From the NCBI GenBank assembly GCA_001805615.1, contig MHGP01000035.1, positions 10,222-62,743 of the forward strand: DNA of 52,522 nt. Reading direction: 5' to 3'. Each line of letters starts with the position of its first letter. Position 1 is the stretch's first letter. This stretch comes from Omnitrophica WOR_2 bacterium RIFCSPHIGHO2_02_FULL_48_11 (lineage in GTDB: Bacteria; Omnitrophota; Gorgyraeia; Zapsychrales; GWA2-47-8). This document shows, one piece after another, positions 1 to 9,688 of this stretch. A program made the position numbers and the translations under genes. A model generated the notes under the pieces. The model saw only the letters and a program-made list of their open reading frames with translations, did not search any database and was not told where the DNA came from.

Positions 1-49
1 ATCGCGGATAGTTTTTTTCATTATTTGTGCAAATGGCATTGTTTTCTCT

Positions 50-2161
50 TTAAGTAGACTGAGCGGGTTGATTAAAGAAACCTTCTACGGCAACGAGATC
101 TCTCTGCAGACTGTCCAGCTTTTGAACACCATCTTGCCTGATAAATTTGCGATAAAACAGCTTTAAATTCGAACGTTGGATAAGCCTCCCTATCCCGATC
201 GGTGTTTGAGCATACAATTTTACCTGATTGGCGATGTGTTTCTTCTGCTCTTCATCATGAAAGAAACAAAATTCAACCGGGCTGGACAACCTCGGGAAAT
301 CATTTGGATTGATCCGAAAGTTAGCCTGGCTTACCGCAAGGAAATCATAATAAAAACTTTTTGTAAAGACAGAGGCTGTGTCCGTTATAGAATTTCTTTT
401 CCTTAAGACGATAAATTGATTCAATTCCTCCAGGTACCCTTCAACCTCAGCAGTCAAGATCCCCTTGGTTTTGAGCGTCTCGGCGATCGATGTAAATAAT
501 AAGCGACAAATATCCTCAAATTCCGCAAACAGTAAAGCCCGATGCAGCAGCAATTCATTGGTCCCGAGTTCACCGCCGATATATTTTTCTAGCACTTCCG
601 GGGTCAGGACATAATTTTTTGCTTCATCGAAACTCTCATATAGATCTTTTGAGGTATGGACGATGAATTCGGCAATGATTTCATTGATACGGGCCGAATA
701 TAGTTCCGGATGCTGTTTGACATGGAGCAGACATTCAAAGGGCGACCCCCCCAACGTGCGCACCAAGGCAAAGGCCTCCTCAAAAATAGCATTGTTATGG
801 AATGTCTCAACCAATAAGTTCATGATGCGGCAGTCGATATAATCTTCCAACGACATGCTTTTGTTTCCAACGATAATTTCTTCGATCTCGGCCACGGGGT
901 GCTTTTCGCCAAAAAATTCATAAATACCAATGCAACCGGGGATTATCCGGTATTTGGTGATGAGCCCATAATTCTTTCTGGTCTCTCCGGTGGCCATATC
1001 AGTTCCCCGCAGAAGCATGGCTTGAAACATTCTCATGCTATTGACATTATTTTCGATACCAAAACGCAGCGATTGAAAATGTTTCTCCTTCGTGTCTCCC
1101 GGCATTCCCAAAATAATTTCAGAATGGGTTTTGCTATTTTTTAAATTGTTGCCGAAATCGATCAGCTCCTGATAGGCCGCGGAAGAAATATTGCTTCGCT
1201 TGATAGCTTTGAGGACTTCCGGATCCGTGGATTGGATCGACGCCCCCAGGGTCCACGACCCCCCGAGGATCTTGGCCGCTTCAATCGTGCGATGCGGCTG
1301 ATTCTTGCCGGCCGAGGCGGACAAAAGAATGGGATAGTGATATTTTTTTTGGATCTCGGCCACCGCCCGGGCCGTATCCAAGTCTTCCTTGTACATGGCA
1401 AAATTAAGATCGGTGATGATTAATTCATCCATGTTCTTGACGCGCGAGGCAATGTATTCCAACTCGGTATTAATACGTTCCTGCTCAAATCGATGCACCT
1501 TGTTTTTTACGACCATCCCATCGGCACAAAATGTGCAGGAAAACGGACACCCGCGCGTTGTTTCAATCATAGGGACAAGGGGATATTGAAAAAATTTGTC
1601 CAGTATTCCCGTTAAATAAGGGGACGGAATGACATTCACATCTGTTATGCGCTGAATAGGCCCTGAAATAACTTTCCCGTCGAAAACATAGGTCGTGTTA
1701 TTGGCTGATCGGCCCTCTTCCTTAAATCGCTGAACGTCAAAATTTATCTCCTTTAATTGTGCCGTGAGATTCACAAATCCCATCTCTCCTTCGAGTTCAA
1801 TATAAAAATCGATAGCAGGATGTGTACTTAAGAATTCATATTTTTCATCGTTAACAATGGGAAAATTGGGACCGCCGAAAACAGTTACTGTTTTCGGACT
1901 GCGCTCTTTGACGAGGGTGGCCATTTTATAGGCTAATTCAAAATTCCAGCTATAATTTGAAAGACAAAGCATGGCGGGAGATTTTTCGCTCAAGGCTTTG
2001 GCTAAATCGGCGGGAAACTTGAATAATTGAAAATCAAATTCATCGCCAAAATTATGTTTGGCATAACTCAGGACAAAGCTGATGCCCAATGGAAAAGTGG
2101 CGGCACTTATTCCTTGTGCGGTGTGAGTTAAATCTGCAAAATAAATTTTTTCTTTGCTCAT
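50..2161 (-). CDS. B12-binding-domain radical SAM protein (class B radical SAM, putative methyltransferase), 703 aa
   Basis: Long ORF. The N-terminal segment looks like a B12-binding domain (..LCLSNYSWNF..VTVFGGPNFP..). It is followed by the radical SAM CX3CX2C motif in TTRGCPFSCTFCADG and a long C-terminal extension of unknown function. Confidence 0.8.
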   Translation of the reverse strand: MSKEKIYFADLTHTAQGISAATFPLGISFVLSYAKHNFGDEFDFQLFKFPADLAKALSEKSPAMLCLSNYSWNFELAYKMATLVKERSPKTVTVFGGPNFPIVNDEKYEFLSTHPAIDFYIELEGEMGFVNLTAQLKEINFDVQRFKEEGRSANNTTYVFDGKVISGPIQRITDVNVIPSPYLTGILDKFFQYPLVPMIETTRGCPFSCTFCADGMVVKNKVHRFEQERINTELEYIASRVKNMDELIITDLNFAMYKEDLDTARAVAEIQKKYHYPILLSASAGKNQPHRTIEAAKILGGSWTLGASIQSTDPEVLKAIKRSNISSAAYQELIDFGNNLKNSKTHSEIILGMPGDTKEKHFQSLRFGIENNVNSMRMFQAMLLRGTDMATGETRKNYGLITKYRIIPGCIGIYEFFGEKHPVAEIEEIIVGNKSMSLEDYIDCRIMNLLVETFHNNAIFEEAFALVRTLGGSPFECLLHVKQHPELYSARINEIIAEFIVHTSKDLYESFDEAKNYVLTPEVLEKYIGGELGTNELLLHRALLFAEFEDICRLLFTSIAETLKTKGILTAEVEGYLEELNQFIVLRKRNSITDTASVFTKSFYYDFLAVSQANFRINPNDFPRLSSPVEFCFFHDEEQKKHIANQVKLYAQTPIGIGRLIQRSNLKLFYRKFIRQDGVQKLDSLQRDLVAVEGFFNQPAQST

Positions 2162-2194
2162 AAGAATTTAATTAATTTTGATGAATTAAAACTC

Positions 2195-2222
2195 ATAGTA
2201 ACATGCGGGCACATATAATCAA
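2195..2222 (-). promoter_or_regulatory. Weak candidate sigma70-type promoter TTGATT-N16-TACTAT upstream of the B12 radical SAM gene
   Basis: The minus strand of the 69-bp gap 2162..2230 reads TTGATT (2222..2217), a 16-nt spacer, then TACTAT (2200..2195). Both hexamers are imperfect and there is no operator-like repeat. Confidence 0.3.
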
Positions 2223-2230
2223 TTTTTATA

Positions 2231-3478
2231 TTATTGAAGCAGCTCCCGGTTCTTCCTTAAAAAATCTGTGCCGATTCTCGATCGAAAACTAAGACTTCTG
2301 TGCCCAGCTGGAAAAATGCTTCGGTAACGATTTTGCAATTCAATTTCTTCCGCTGTTATTACCCAAGTCTTATCTAACCGGGCGTTCATCTCCTTCGCCA
2401 GTTCCACTATTTCTTCTGGTGAATTCTCCACAACTTCAAGCCCTGCCTTAAGATAAAGATCATTCTGGTACCATGCATCGGCGCCATATTGAACAATTTC
2501 TTTATACGTTAAGAATCGTTTTCGATTCTTATCCCACAGCTTTTTGTGGATAACCACATCATCCTCTCGCCATCCAACCAGCCCAGCAGGAGGTGCGCTA
2601 TTACTGTAGGCAACGGGGATATTAAACATCCAGGCAATACTATGTAAACCGCCTTCCGTGGCAATAAAAAATTTGCATTTTGAAATACAATAAATATCCC
2701 CTAATTCGCTGCGAAATTTGTTGGCATAATCAATGACTTTATCACTTTTACCGACAAATGGTTTTTCTACAACATGTCCCATTCTAAGAACATACAGTCC
2801 GTGCGAAGCCAAATGTTCGGCTGCGGGCAAAAAGTTTTCCACATTGCAATTACGGTAATCATGATAGGCCCATTCTTGCGGCGAACGATAATTATGGACC
2901 GTATTCAAATAAGCCTTATCGCGAACGTGAAGGCAAATAAAGGGCTCGTTATTTTTTATTCCCATTTCTTCCAATAACTTCTTTCCTTTTGATTCTTCAT
3001 CTCCTATAAAAGCAAGCTGCGGTGGGATGGTATCCAACACCTCCTGATAACATTGCACGTACGGCAATTCCAGCCATAGAGGTGATTTCTTCGTTATGGA
3101 TTTAATGTGCGTGCTCATCCAACATATCAAGTCATTATCGATCAAGCACAATCGCCTCTGAAACATCCGATGCAACTGCTGATTGGCTGTCTTCTCGCTG
3201 ACTATAATTAAAAATTCCCCAGGGTTATATTCTCCCGCCTTTTTCTTGCGCAAATACAGCTCAGCATGAATATAATGACCGATCCGTTCAAAACCGCCTA
3301 TGGCAATTCGGAAATGAAACACCGGCTGCAATATCCTCAAAATAAAAAATAAAATAAAACCTGGCAACAGAAGAATTGTTTTTAAAATCTTAGTCGAAAA
3401 TTTTTCAAATAACTTTTTTGATGCCATGGGTTGGAGTATTTGCATGATATTTATCTGAATTCTATAGGTATTATTCAT
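2231..3478 (-). CDS. Hypothetical membrane-anchored protein, possible glycosyltransferase, 415 aa
   Basis: Long ORF in the operon with an N-terminal hydrophobic helix (ILKTILLLPGFILFFILRIL) followed by a soluble domain. I can name no catalytic motif with certainty. It loosely recalls the TIGR04372 putative-GT family, but that is from memory and unverified. Confidence 0.35.
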   Translation of the reverse strand: MNNTYRIQINIMQILQPMASKKLFEKFSTKILKTILLLPGFILFFILRILQPVFHFRIAIGGFERIGHYIHAELYLRKKKAGEYNPGEFLIIVSEKTANQQLHRMFQRRLCLIDNDLICWMSTHIKSITKKSPLWLELPYVQCYQEVLDTIPPQLAFIGDEESKGKKLLEEMGIKNNEPFICLHVRDKAYLNTVHNYRSPQEWAYHDYRNCNVENFLPAAEHLASHGLYVLRMGHVVEKPFVGKSDKVIDYANKFRSELGDIYCISKCKFFIATEGGLHSIAWMFNIPVAYSNSAPPAGLVGWREDDVVIHKKLWDKNRKRFLTYKEIVQYGADAWYQNDLYLKAGLEVVENSPEEIVELAKEMNARLDKTWVITAEEIELQNRYRSIFPAGHRSLSFRSRIGTDFLRKNRELLQ

Positions 3479-3487
3479 GATGAACGC

Positions 3488-4255
3488 TTAACGGGTCACT
3501 TTAATATTGCTTAATTGAGCAAGTTTTCGAGCTAAAGACTCATGCCATTGCAAAGAAAGGCCACCATCAACAACGATATTTTGTCCGGTTATAAATGAAG
3601 ATTTTGAACTGCAAAGAAATGATACCAGCTGAGCTATATCCTGCGATGTTCCCATCCGCCCCAAAGGCACTATACTCTGATACATATCAACCAGTTCCTG
3701 ATTATCTTGATAAAATCCTTTTGATTCCTCTTTGATAATCGTCCCTGGCGATATCACATTGACCCTGATTCCTTTGGGCCCTAACAGGACCGCGTAATAA
3801 CGTCCCAATTGCACCAACCCAGCTTTACCGACGTGATAGCTTACGGGCTGTTCATCTGCAACATATTCCGACGCAATGGAACTGATAATAACAATGGCCC
3901 CGCCTTCACTTTTATTAAAATTTTCTTTCACACATTCAATAATATTTTTTGTCGCTGTTAAACTGACCTCGAGCTCTCCGCCCCATGGATCAGACTCACC
4001 GCGGAACCTCTGCGAAAAAATTAAATTATTTATTTTTCCGTTCTGGTGGATAATTTTCTGAAAAGTAGCAGCAATATTAGTTTGCTCAGCCAGATCCAGC
4101 ATCCAAAAATGTGCATTGAGTATTTTTTTATCTTCCGCCTTCGGTTCTCGACGGCCGACAATGGAAACAATATGCCCTTGGTTACTGAATTCTTTGACTA
4201 TCTCTCTTCCGATCCCGCGAGTACCGCCGACAATTACACTGTGCTGTTTAATCAT
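3488..4255 (-). CDS. Short-chain dehydrogenase/reductase (classical SDR)
   Basis: Gly-rich NAD(P) motif VIVGGTRGIGREI, catalytic YxxxK (YHVGK), typical 255-aa length. The start overlaps the upstream stop as ATGA (4252..4255). Confidence 0.85.
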   Translation of the reverse strand: MIKQHSVIVGGTRGIGREIVKEFSNQGHIVSIVGRREPKAEDKKILNAHFWMLDLAEQTNIAATFQKIIHQNGKINNLIFSQRFRGESDPWGGELEVSLTATKNIIECVKENFNKSEGGAIVIISSIASEYVADEQPVSYHVGKAGLVQLGRYYAVLLGPKGIRVNVISPGTIIKEESKGFYQDNQELVDMYQSIVPLGRMGTSQDIAQLVSFLCSSKSSFITGQNIVVDGGLSLQWHESLARKLAQLSNIKVTR

Positions 4256-5265
4256 GAGACCTCTTTGTTATCAAGCTCATTTTCTTTCACTTGCGAGCCT
4301 TTTCCAAATTTCCACGTTGTTAACCGGTCTATCCGATTATAATATGTAAGCAAAGGAGAGCGCCTTATGAGAACATCTCCCTTGATTTCACTTTCTGCAA
4401 AATCATTACGCATCCAATCATTGCAATTCTTACAAAAAGGAACCTTGTCAAATTGACCAGTTTCATGATAATAACGAGCCTTTTCCATTTCTTCTCCATG
4501 CCAAACATCTTTAATGCTTGTCTTAAAAACATTTCCGACCTTTGTCATGCCATGCCCATCCCAACAACAAAGAGGAGTATTACCGTTGTTATGAATCAAC
4601 ATAGTCGTGTACAAAATAGAACAAGGCTTTCGTTTTTTTTGTAGTCGCTCTTTTATCATTTCTTTAGAAATATACGCTTCCGCCACGCGCACAGCATCGA
4701 CATGCTGAATCCAATAATTAACAAAATGATCCATTTCGTGCCTATTGATTTCCTCAACGACAAAGGAAACTCCAATACGCGTGTCTCTAGTTTCTCCACG
4801 GGCTTTTAACAAATGAAACACAGCTTCGTGAACCTTTTCCAGCTTAGGGGTTGAGCGGACATGGTTTAATGTTTCCTTGGTGGTGGCATCTATACTCACA
4901 AAAATACAATCAATCTTTAAATCAATGATGCGTTTGGCATATTCTTCCGTCATCAAAAGCCCGTTGGTATTAAGATTCACCGCTAATCCCCTATCCTTCA
5001 TGGCTTTCAAATAATCCCAACAATCTTTCTGCAATAATGGTTCTGAATAGCCGTTTCCAGCGACGACAACATCTTTGCCTTTAAGCTCATCAAAAAGTTT
5101 GCAAGCTTCCTGAAGATTCATATTCCCGCGGATGAGAGTTTGAGCTTCTTTACTGTCCCCATGGACAGGACATTTAGGACAGCGCAAATTACAAAAACCT
5201 TCAGAAAAGCCAAAGCTTAAACTTTGGGGATATTCTGGAACTGGAATTCGTTGCAATGTTTTCAT
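4252..5265 (-). CDS. Radical SAM enzyme with C-terminal SPASM/twitch-like Cys-rich domain
   Basis: CX3CX2C motif in FCNLRCPKCPVHG. C-terminal auxiliary-cluster-like cysteines (CS..PLCCWDG...FCKNCNDW). Confidence 0.8.
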   Translation of the reverse strand: MKTLQRIPVPEYPQSLSFGFSEGFCNLRCPKCPVHGDSKEAQTLIRGNMNLQEACKLFDELKGKDVVVAGNGYSEPLLQKDCWDYLKAMKDRGLAVNLNTNGLLMTEEYAKRIIDLKIDCIFVSIDATTKETLNHVRSTPKLEKVHEAVFHLLKARGETRDTRIGVSFVVEEINRHEMDHFVNYWIQHVDAVRVAEAYISKEMIKERLQKKRKPCSILYTTMLIHNNGNTPLCCWDGHGMTKVGNVFKTSIKDVWHGEEMEKARYYHETGQFDKVPFCKNCNDWMRNDFAESEIKGDVLIRRSPLLTYYNRIDRLTTWKFGKGSQVKENELDNKEVS

Positions 5266-5277
5266 CTGTATAAAATT

Positions 5278-7446
5278 CTATTTAACTGCGTCCTGATTAA
5301 GCTGAGCACCGGATACTATTTCCAACTTAGGTAAAAATAATATAAACTGCCCGCCTTCATTCAAAAATTTTTTATGCCGCTTGATGATCGGTTCATTGTA
5401 GCGCCATGCCAGGATCAATACATAATCCGGATTGCGCTTATAAATTTCATCACTTGAAAAAACCGGCAGGTGATGGCCGGGCGTATACAAGTTATACCGT
5501 GCCGGATTATCATCGACAATGTAGTCCAATTTATCCGCCAGATCAAATAGATATAATAATGTCGTTACCCCGACGGATGCGCCGTATCCGGCAACTTTTT
5601 TCCCCTGAGATTTCATATCGGTGAGCCATGCCGATAACTGAGCTTTCCACTCCTCGACCTCCTGAGAAATTTCTCGATAAATAGCCGGGTCACCCACACC
5701 TATTTTATTTTCCTGCTGGATCATTTGCTGGACCATCGGAGAAACATTTCTTTTCCCTCCCTTTAATTGAACAATGACGCGGAAGGACCCTCCCTTGGTC
5801 GGAATATGTTCGGCATAAATCAATTCCATTCCTTGTTCGCGGAAAAATTTCTCCATGCAGGAAACTGTAAAATAAGATAAGTGCTCGTGGTAAATTGTAT
5901 CAATGAGTTTTCCTTGGACAAAATCAACCATGTAGCCTGTTTCAAAAACAAAACAGCCATCTGCCGAAAGCAAAGTACGAATTCCCCGGATGAAAGAAGG
6001 CAAATCATCAATGTTCGCAATGACATTATTAGCTGTAATAATTGAAGCGGGCCCGTGCTGCTCATAAATTTGGCGCGCCAATTCTTCACGAAAATAATCA
6101 TTTAAAGTTTCAATGCCGGCGGCATTGGCTGATTTTGAGGCCTCAGGAGCCGGATCGATTCCAAGAACCTTCATTCCCTGACGTTTAAAAGCTTTGAGTA
6201 ATGTTCCGTCATTACTACCGATATCTATAACCAAAGACGCCTGGGCGGGTTTTAGATAATCCAAAACTTCTTTGGCATAGCGATTAAAATGTTCGACCAG
6301 ACCTAAGGAAATGGAAGTCTGATAAATATAATTACCGTAAAGTATTTTAGGATTCACCACATCCAATAACTGGGCGCAACCGCAAGTCTTGCACAGAAAT
6401 AATTCCAAAGGAAATTCTTCCTGCTTCTGATGAATTTTCTCAACCGGCACATAAGAATCACCAACGGGCGTTGGAATAAATTTCAAGATAAGCTCTAAAT
6501 CCTTGAAATGACATAACCGGCAGTCAGAACGCCGCACACATGAAGATTGATGATTTTTTTGTTCCTTGCTTTTTAATTTTTGAATAAAAATTTCTATCAC
6601 CTCATCAACGTTTGTAAAAACCATCCCTGTTGCTTTTATTAATTTCTCCACATTTAAATACGAGCGTGGCGGTCTTTTCTCCAGTAAATTTAATTTATTT
6701 TGCGGCAAGGCCACAATCTCAGCTTTCTTGCCTAATTTCTTAAAAAACGCTTCGGCTAAGGCGACTCGATTCATAGAATTCGGATTAGCCAAATGATATA
6801 TTCCCGAACAATTTTTCTCACATAAACCAACTAAGGCCTTGCCCACATCCTCCACCTGGGTCGGTCCGAATTCCTGATCTTCAATGCAATAGATCGGCTG
6901 GGATTTTTCCGCGAGACGATTCCATTCGGTAAACATATGGTTTGAAAAAGGATCATCGGCAATCACTTTATCTAATCTCACAATTAAAGCCCCGGGATAA
7001 TTCTTGGTAATAAATTTTTCAACATCCCATTTTTGATGCGCATACACCGATACGGGCGATGGCTGAGCATCTTCCTTATAATTGCCCTTTTGCCCGTCGA
7101 ATACAGCCGATGTGGAAATAAAAATAGGTTTTACTCCCAAACGAACCAAATCCTCGATCAATTGGATCATATTGGTCACATTAATTTTGCAACTCACATC
7201 CTTTTCGCGAAAACATCGGTCGGTATTGGTAAAACCGGCAAATATGATGGCAAATTTCGGTTCAGCACCTTGAAAAAATGATGGTCCGATAACACTTTCT
7301 ATTCGATCTTTGGTTAAATCGAATTGAATAAACTCGGGATAAGAGGCAGAATATTGCGTCCCGACGGTTTTATAGCCCCGCGATTTCAGGTAAGCATAAG
7401 TAGCTCGGCCGACAAACCCGGAGGCGCCTAAGACTAAAAATTTCAT
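5278..7446 (-). CDS. Fusion protein: N-terminal RmlD-like NAD(P)-dependent sugar reductase/epimerase plus C-terminal NDP-hexose C-methyltransferase-like domain, 722 aa
   Basis: N-terminal part: GASGFVG Rossmann motif and YAHQK (YxxxK). C-terminal part: zinc-ribbon cysteines CRLC...CKTCGC, SAM motif VIDIGSNDGTLL, and a C-methyltransferase C-terminal-type segment KVAGYGASVG..YIVDDNP. Confidence 0.8.
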   Translation of the reverse strand: MKFLVLGASGFVGRATYAYLKSRGYKTVGTQYSASYPEFIQFDLTKDRIESVIGPSFFQGAEPKFAIIFAGFTNTDRCFREKDVSCKINVTNMIQLIEDLVRLGVKPIFISTSAVFDGQKGNYKEDAQPSPVSVYAHQKWDVEKFITKNYPGALIVRLDKVIADDPFSNHMFTEWNRLAEKSQPIYCIEDQEFGPTQVEDVGKALVGLCEKNCSGIYHLANPNSMNRVALAEAFFKKLGKKAEIVALPQNKLNLLEKRPPRSYLNVEKLIKATGMVFTNVDEVIEIFIQKLKSKEQKNHQSSCVRRSDCRLCHFKDLELILKFIPTPVGDSYVPVEKIHQKQEEFPLELFLCKTCGCAQLLDVVNPKILYGNYIYQTSISLGLVEHFNRYAKEVLDYLKPAQASLVIDIGSNDGTLLKAFKRQGMKVLGIDPAPEASKSANAAGIETLNDYFREELARQIYEQHGPASIITANNVIANIDDLPSFIRGIRTLLSADGCFVFETGYMVDFVQGKLIDTIYHEHLSYFTVSCMEKFFREQGMELIYAEHIPTKGGSFRVIVQLKGGKRNVSPMVQQMIQQENKIGVGDPAIYREISQEVEEWKAQLSAWLTDMKSQGKKVAGYGASVGVTTLLYLFDLADKLDYIVDDNPARYNLYTPGHHLPVFSSDEIYKRNPDYVLILAWRYNEPIIKRHKKFLNEGGQFILFLPKLEIVSGAQLNQDAVK

Positions 7447-7967
7447 TGGAAAATTTCCTTTGATTTTTTAAGTTGACCCATAAAAATTTTCACCTCTGCT
7501 GCGTCTTTTTCTTCCGGAGCCCAAGGGGCAAAAATTGTATCTGTCCGGACAAAGGGACCCTGCGTTGCCTCATGAAAAACAATAAAGTCACTGTTGATGA
7601 TTAAGGTGTGATAAACAGGATCATTAATTCTAAAATAAAATTGTTTCCCTGACGCATAATCCCCCATCTCTATCACCTGACGCAATTGACCATTTTCATC
7701 AAACAGCAAGACATCAACGCTGCCTTCAATCAAATGGAAAGACTCACTCTTATGCAAATGTTTGTGCGGTCTCACGTAAGCTTCTTTCGCGTGAATAATC
7801 AGCATTTCATGAATAGCATCTTCCACACTCCTGTGCGAACAAAGCCGGATCCGTTGGCGCGGATTGGCCATGGCCATTTTTTTTAAAGCAGCGATGTCCT
7901 GACGGGAAACATTGGTAATTTCCTCGTTGGTATACAATACTTCTTCATTAAATTTTTTAGTTTGCAT
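7443..7967 (-). CDS. WbuC-family cupin-fold protein
   Basis: 174 aa. The segment RIRLCSHRSVEDAIHEMLIIHAKEAYVRPHKH..SESFHLIEGSVDVLLFDENG matches my recollection of WbuC-type cupins in O-antigen loci. ATGA overlap with the downstream gene. Confidence 0.65.
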   Translation of the reverse strand: MQTKKFNEEVLYTNEEITNVSRQDIAALKKMAMANPRQRIRLCSHRSVEDAIHEMLIIHAKEAYVRPHKHLHKSESFHLIEGSVDVLLFDENGQLRQVIEMGDYASGKQFYFRINDPVYHTLIINSDFIVFHEATQGPFVRTDTIFAPWAPEEKDAAEVKIFMGQLKKSKEIFQ

Positions 7968-9213
7968 ATCCCGCTTCTTTCCGATTGGATCTTAAAATCT
8001 CCAAAGCACATGAACTTCCTCCAAAAATAGAAGTAAATTCGCCGCCTTGTTTAACAAACGACTGATTATTAGCTATCACTTTCTTCTCGCTTAAAGGATT
8101 AAGACTTAGCACACAAAGCTTAATATTGTCGTCGATCAAAACCCGGGATCCTTTGATTTCTAATTTTGATCCCGGCATAAATAATCCATTCTTCTGAGGA
8201 TGATCGTCAATAAAACATTCAATATAACCTTTAAGGCCGAAAATATTCACAAAAGTACAAGCTAAATGACCCGCGCCGAAAAGCGCGATCTTCCCGTTTT
8301 GTTCTTTAAATTCTCTAAAAAAATTTTGTATTTTCTCTTTATAAACTTCTAAATTCTTTGCAAAATTTTTCGCACGTAAAACCTCAGATTGCAAAATTTT
8401 ATCCTGCAAAACTTGCGGTTGAATATTTTCGCTAGGCTGCACAATAGCTATAAGAGAATTTTCAAAGGGATAAGGGTAATTTTTATACCATTTCAAAGAT
8501 AATTGATTGTAGGAAAAGCAATTCTTAAAAGTCGCCGGCGTAAAATAAAGCGTATGCTCTTCCCAGATCGTCGTGTAATCACATATTGCAATGGCCTGCG
8601 TACAATCCGGCACCTCAAAAACAATATAACCGCTTGGTTTGATTAAATCCTTTAAGACTTCCCAAAATTGTAACGGGTCATGGGCATGCTCCAGGATATG
8701 ACGGACGATCAAGACATCTGATTTGCCTCTACGACTAATAATCTTCTTTAAATTGTCCGTCGTCAAATAGGCCTGAATAGTTTCGATGCCAATACCCGTT
8801 TGCGCTATCCCCAGATCTTCTTTGGGATCGATGCGCCAGATATTCTTAAATCCTTTTTTATTGAAACGTTCCAAAGTTGAATCATCTTTGAAACTGACAC
8901 CGCCGATCTTGGCATCATGATTTAAACCGGGCAAGGCGATAATATTCTCCACCAAATCATCCAAGTGTGCCTCTGGCTCGTTATAAGTAATCCAATTAAA
9001 GCGCGGAGCAAGTTCGCTGGCAGGCACAGGGTCGTTGATCTGCACCAAACCCGTAGCCTCACAGATATTGAGCTTCATCGGATACACATATTCATTTTCC
9101 CGCGGATTCTGCAAAAATCTATTACAGATCGGCTGTGGACCAAGGTCCAAAAGCTCAACGACAGGTTCGGTACGGGCAAAATGATCTGTGACTGTTTTTC
9201 TACTAGGCAACAT
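7957..9213 (-). CDS. C-methyltransferase-like class I SAM-dependent methyltransferase paralogue (zinc ribbon apparently degenerate)
   Basis: N-terminal LLDLGPQPICNRF and LNICEATGLVQI resemble the zinc-ribbon region of NDP-hexose C-methyltransferases, but most Cys ligands are missing. VLIVRHILEHAHDP is present. C-terminal segment KIALFGAGHLA..CFIDDHPQKNG. Confidence 0.6.
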   Translation of the reverse strand: MLPSRKTVTDHFARTEPVVELLDLGPQPICNRFLQNPRENEYVYPMKLNICEATGLVQINDPVPASELAPRFNWITYNEPEAHLDDLVENIIALPGLNHDAKIGGVSFKDDSTLERFNKKGFKNIWRIDPKEDLGIAQTGIGIETIQAYLTTDNLKKIISRRGKSDVLIVRHILEHAHDPLQFWEVLKDLIKPSGYIVFEVPDCTQAIAICDYTTIWEEHTLYFTPATFKNCFSYNQLSLKWYKNYPYPFENSLIAIVQPSENIQPQVLQDKILQSEVLRAKNFAKNLEVYKEKIQNFFREFKEQNGKIALFGAGHLACTFVNIFGLKGYIECFIDDHPQKNGLFMPGSKLEIKGSRVLIDDNIKLCVLSLNPLSEKKVIANNQSFVKQGGEFTSIFGGSSCALEILRSNRKEAGYAN

Positions 9214-9688
9214 TATGCAATTCCTTAGAAATTATCTGTTCCTGATCGATGCGTTCATAAGGGCCGGTTATATGATCCCACGAGGATTCTGCCTCATCGC
9301 GCTTGATCACAAATTGCGTCGCATAAAAGATCGGAAAAAGCTCATCCAAACGTTGCTGATTCTCGACGGATATATCCTCCCTGGCAAAATGCACCTCATA
9401 CCCCTCATCAAGAACATATTTTAAAAATTTGTAATCAAAACGTCCACCGTAAAAAAACTGGCGTAAAGTAAAAAAGATAATGCCATCGATGTTCGCTTGT
9501 TTCTCATCCATCTTGGCTTTAATCACGCCATGCGAAGGTAAAGTTTTAAAATCTTCCGCGGTATAAAAAATAATTTTACCGCTCAGCTTTTTGGCTTTCT
9601 CGCCATTTGCCAAATGCTGCAACGATTGCGGCGCATATTTGACAAATCCGGCATCTAAACAGGAATAATAACTTTTCATTTGCTGCAC
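9203..9688 (-). CDS. Hypothetical protein, 161 aa
   Basis: ORF in operon register, overlapping both neighbours by a few nt. No recognisable motif. It might correspond to the small 'sporadic carbohydrate cluster' protein family that accompanies a 2OG oxygenase (unverified recollection). Confidence 0.4.
   Translation of the reverse strand: MQQMKSYYSCLDAGFVKYAPQSLQHLANGEKAKKLSGKIIFYTAEDFKTLPSHGVIKAKMDEKQANIDGIIFFTLRQFFYGGRFDYKFLKYVLDEGYEVHFAREDISVENQQRLDELFPIFYATQFVIKRDEAESSWDHITGPYERIDQEQIISKELHNVA

Noticed and set aside
1-49. Possible start of a further minus-strand gene at the window edge. An ATG at 21..19 reads MKKTIRD.., 29 nt after the stop at 50.
   Set aside because: Only seven codons are visible, so it cannot be supported as a feature. 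It does suggest the gene array continues beyond the window.
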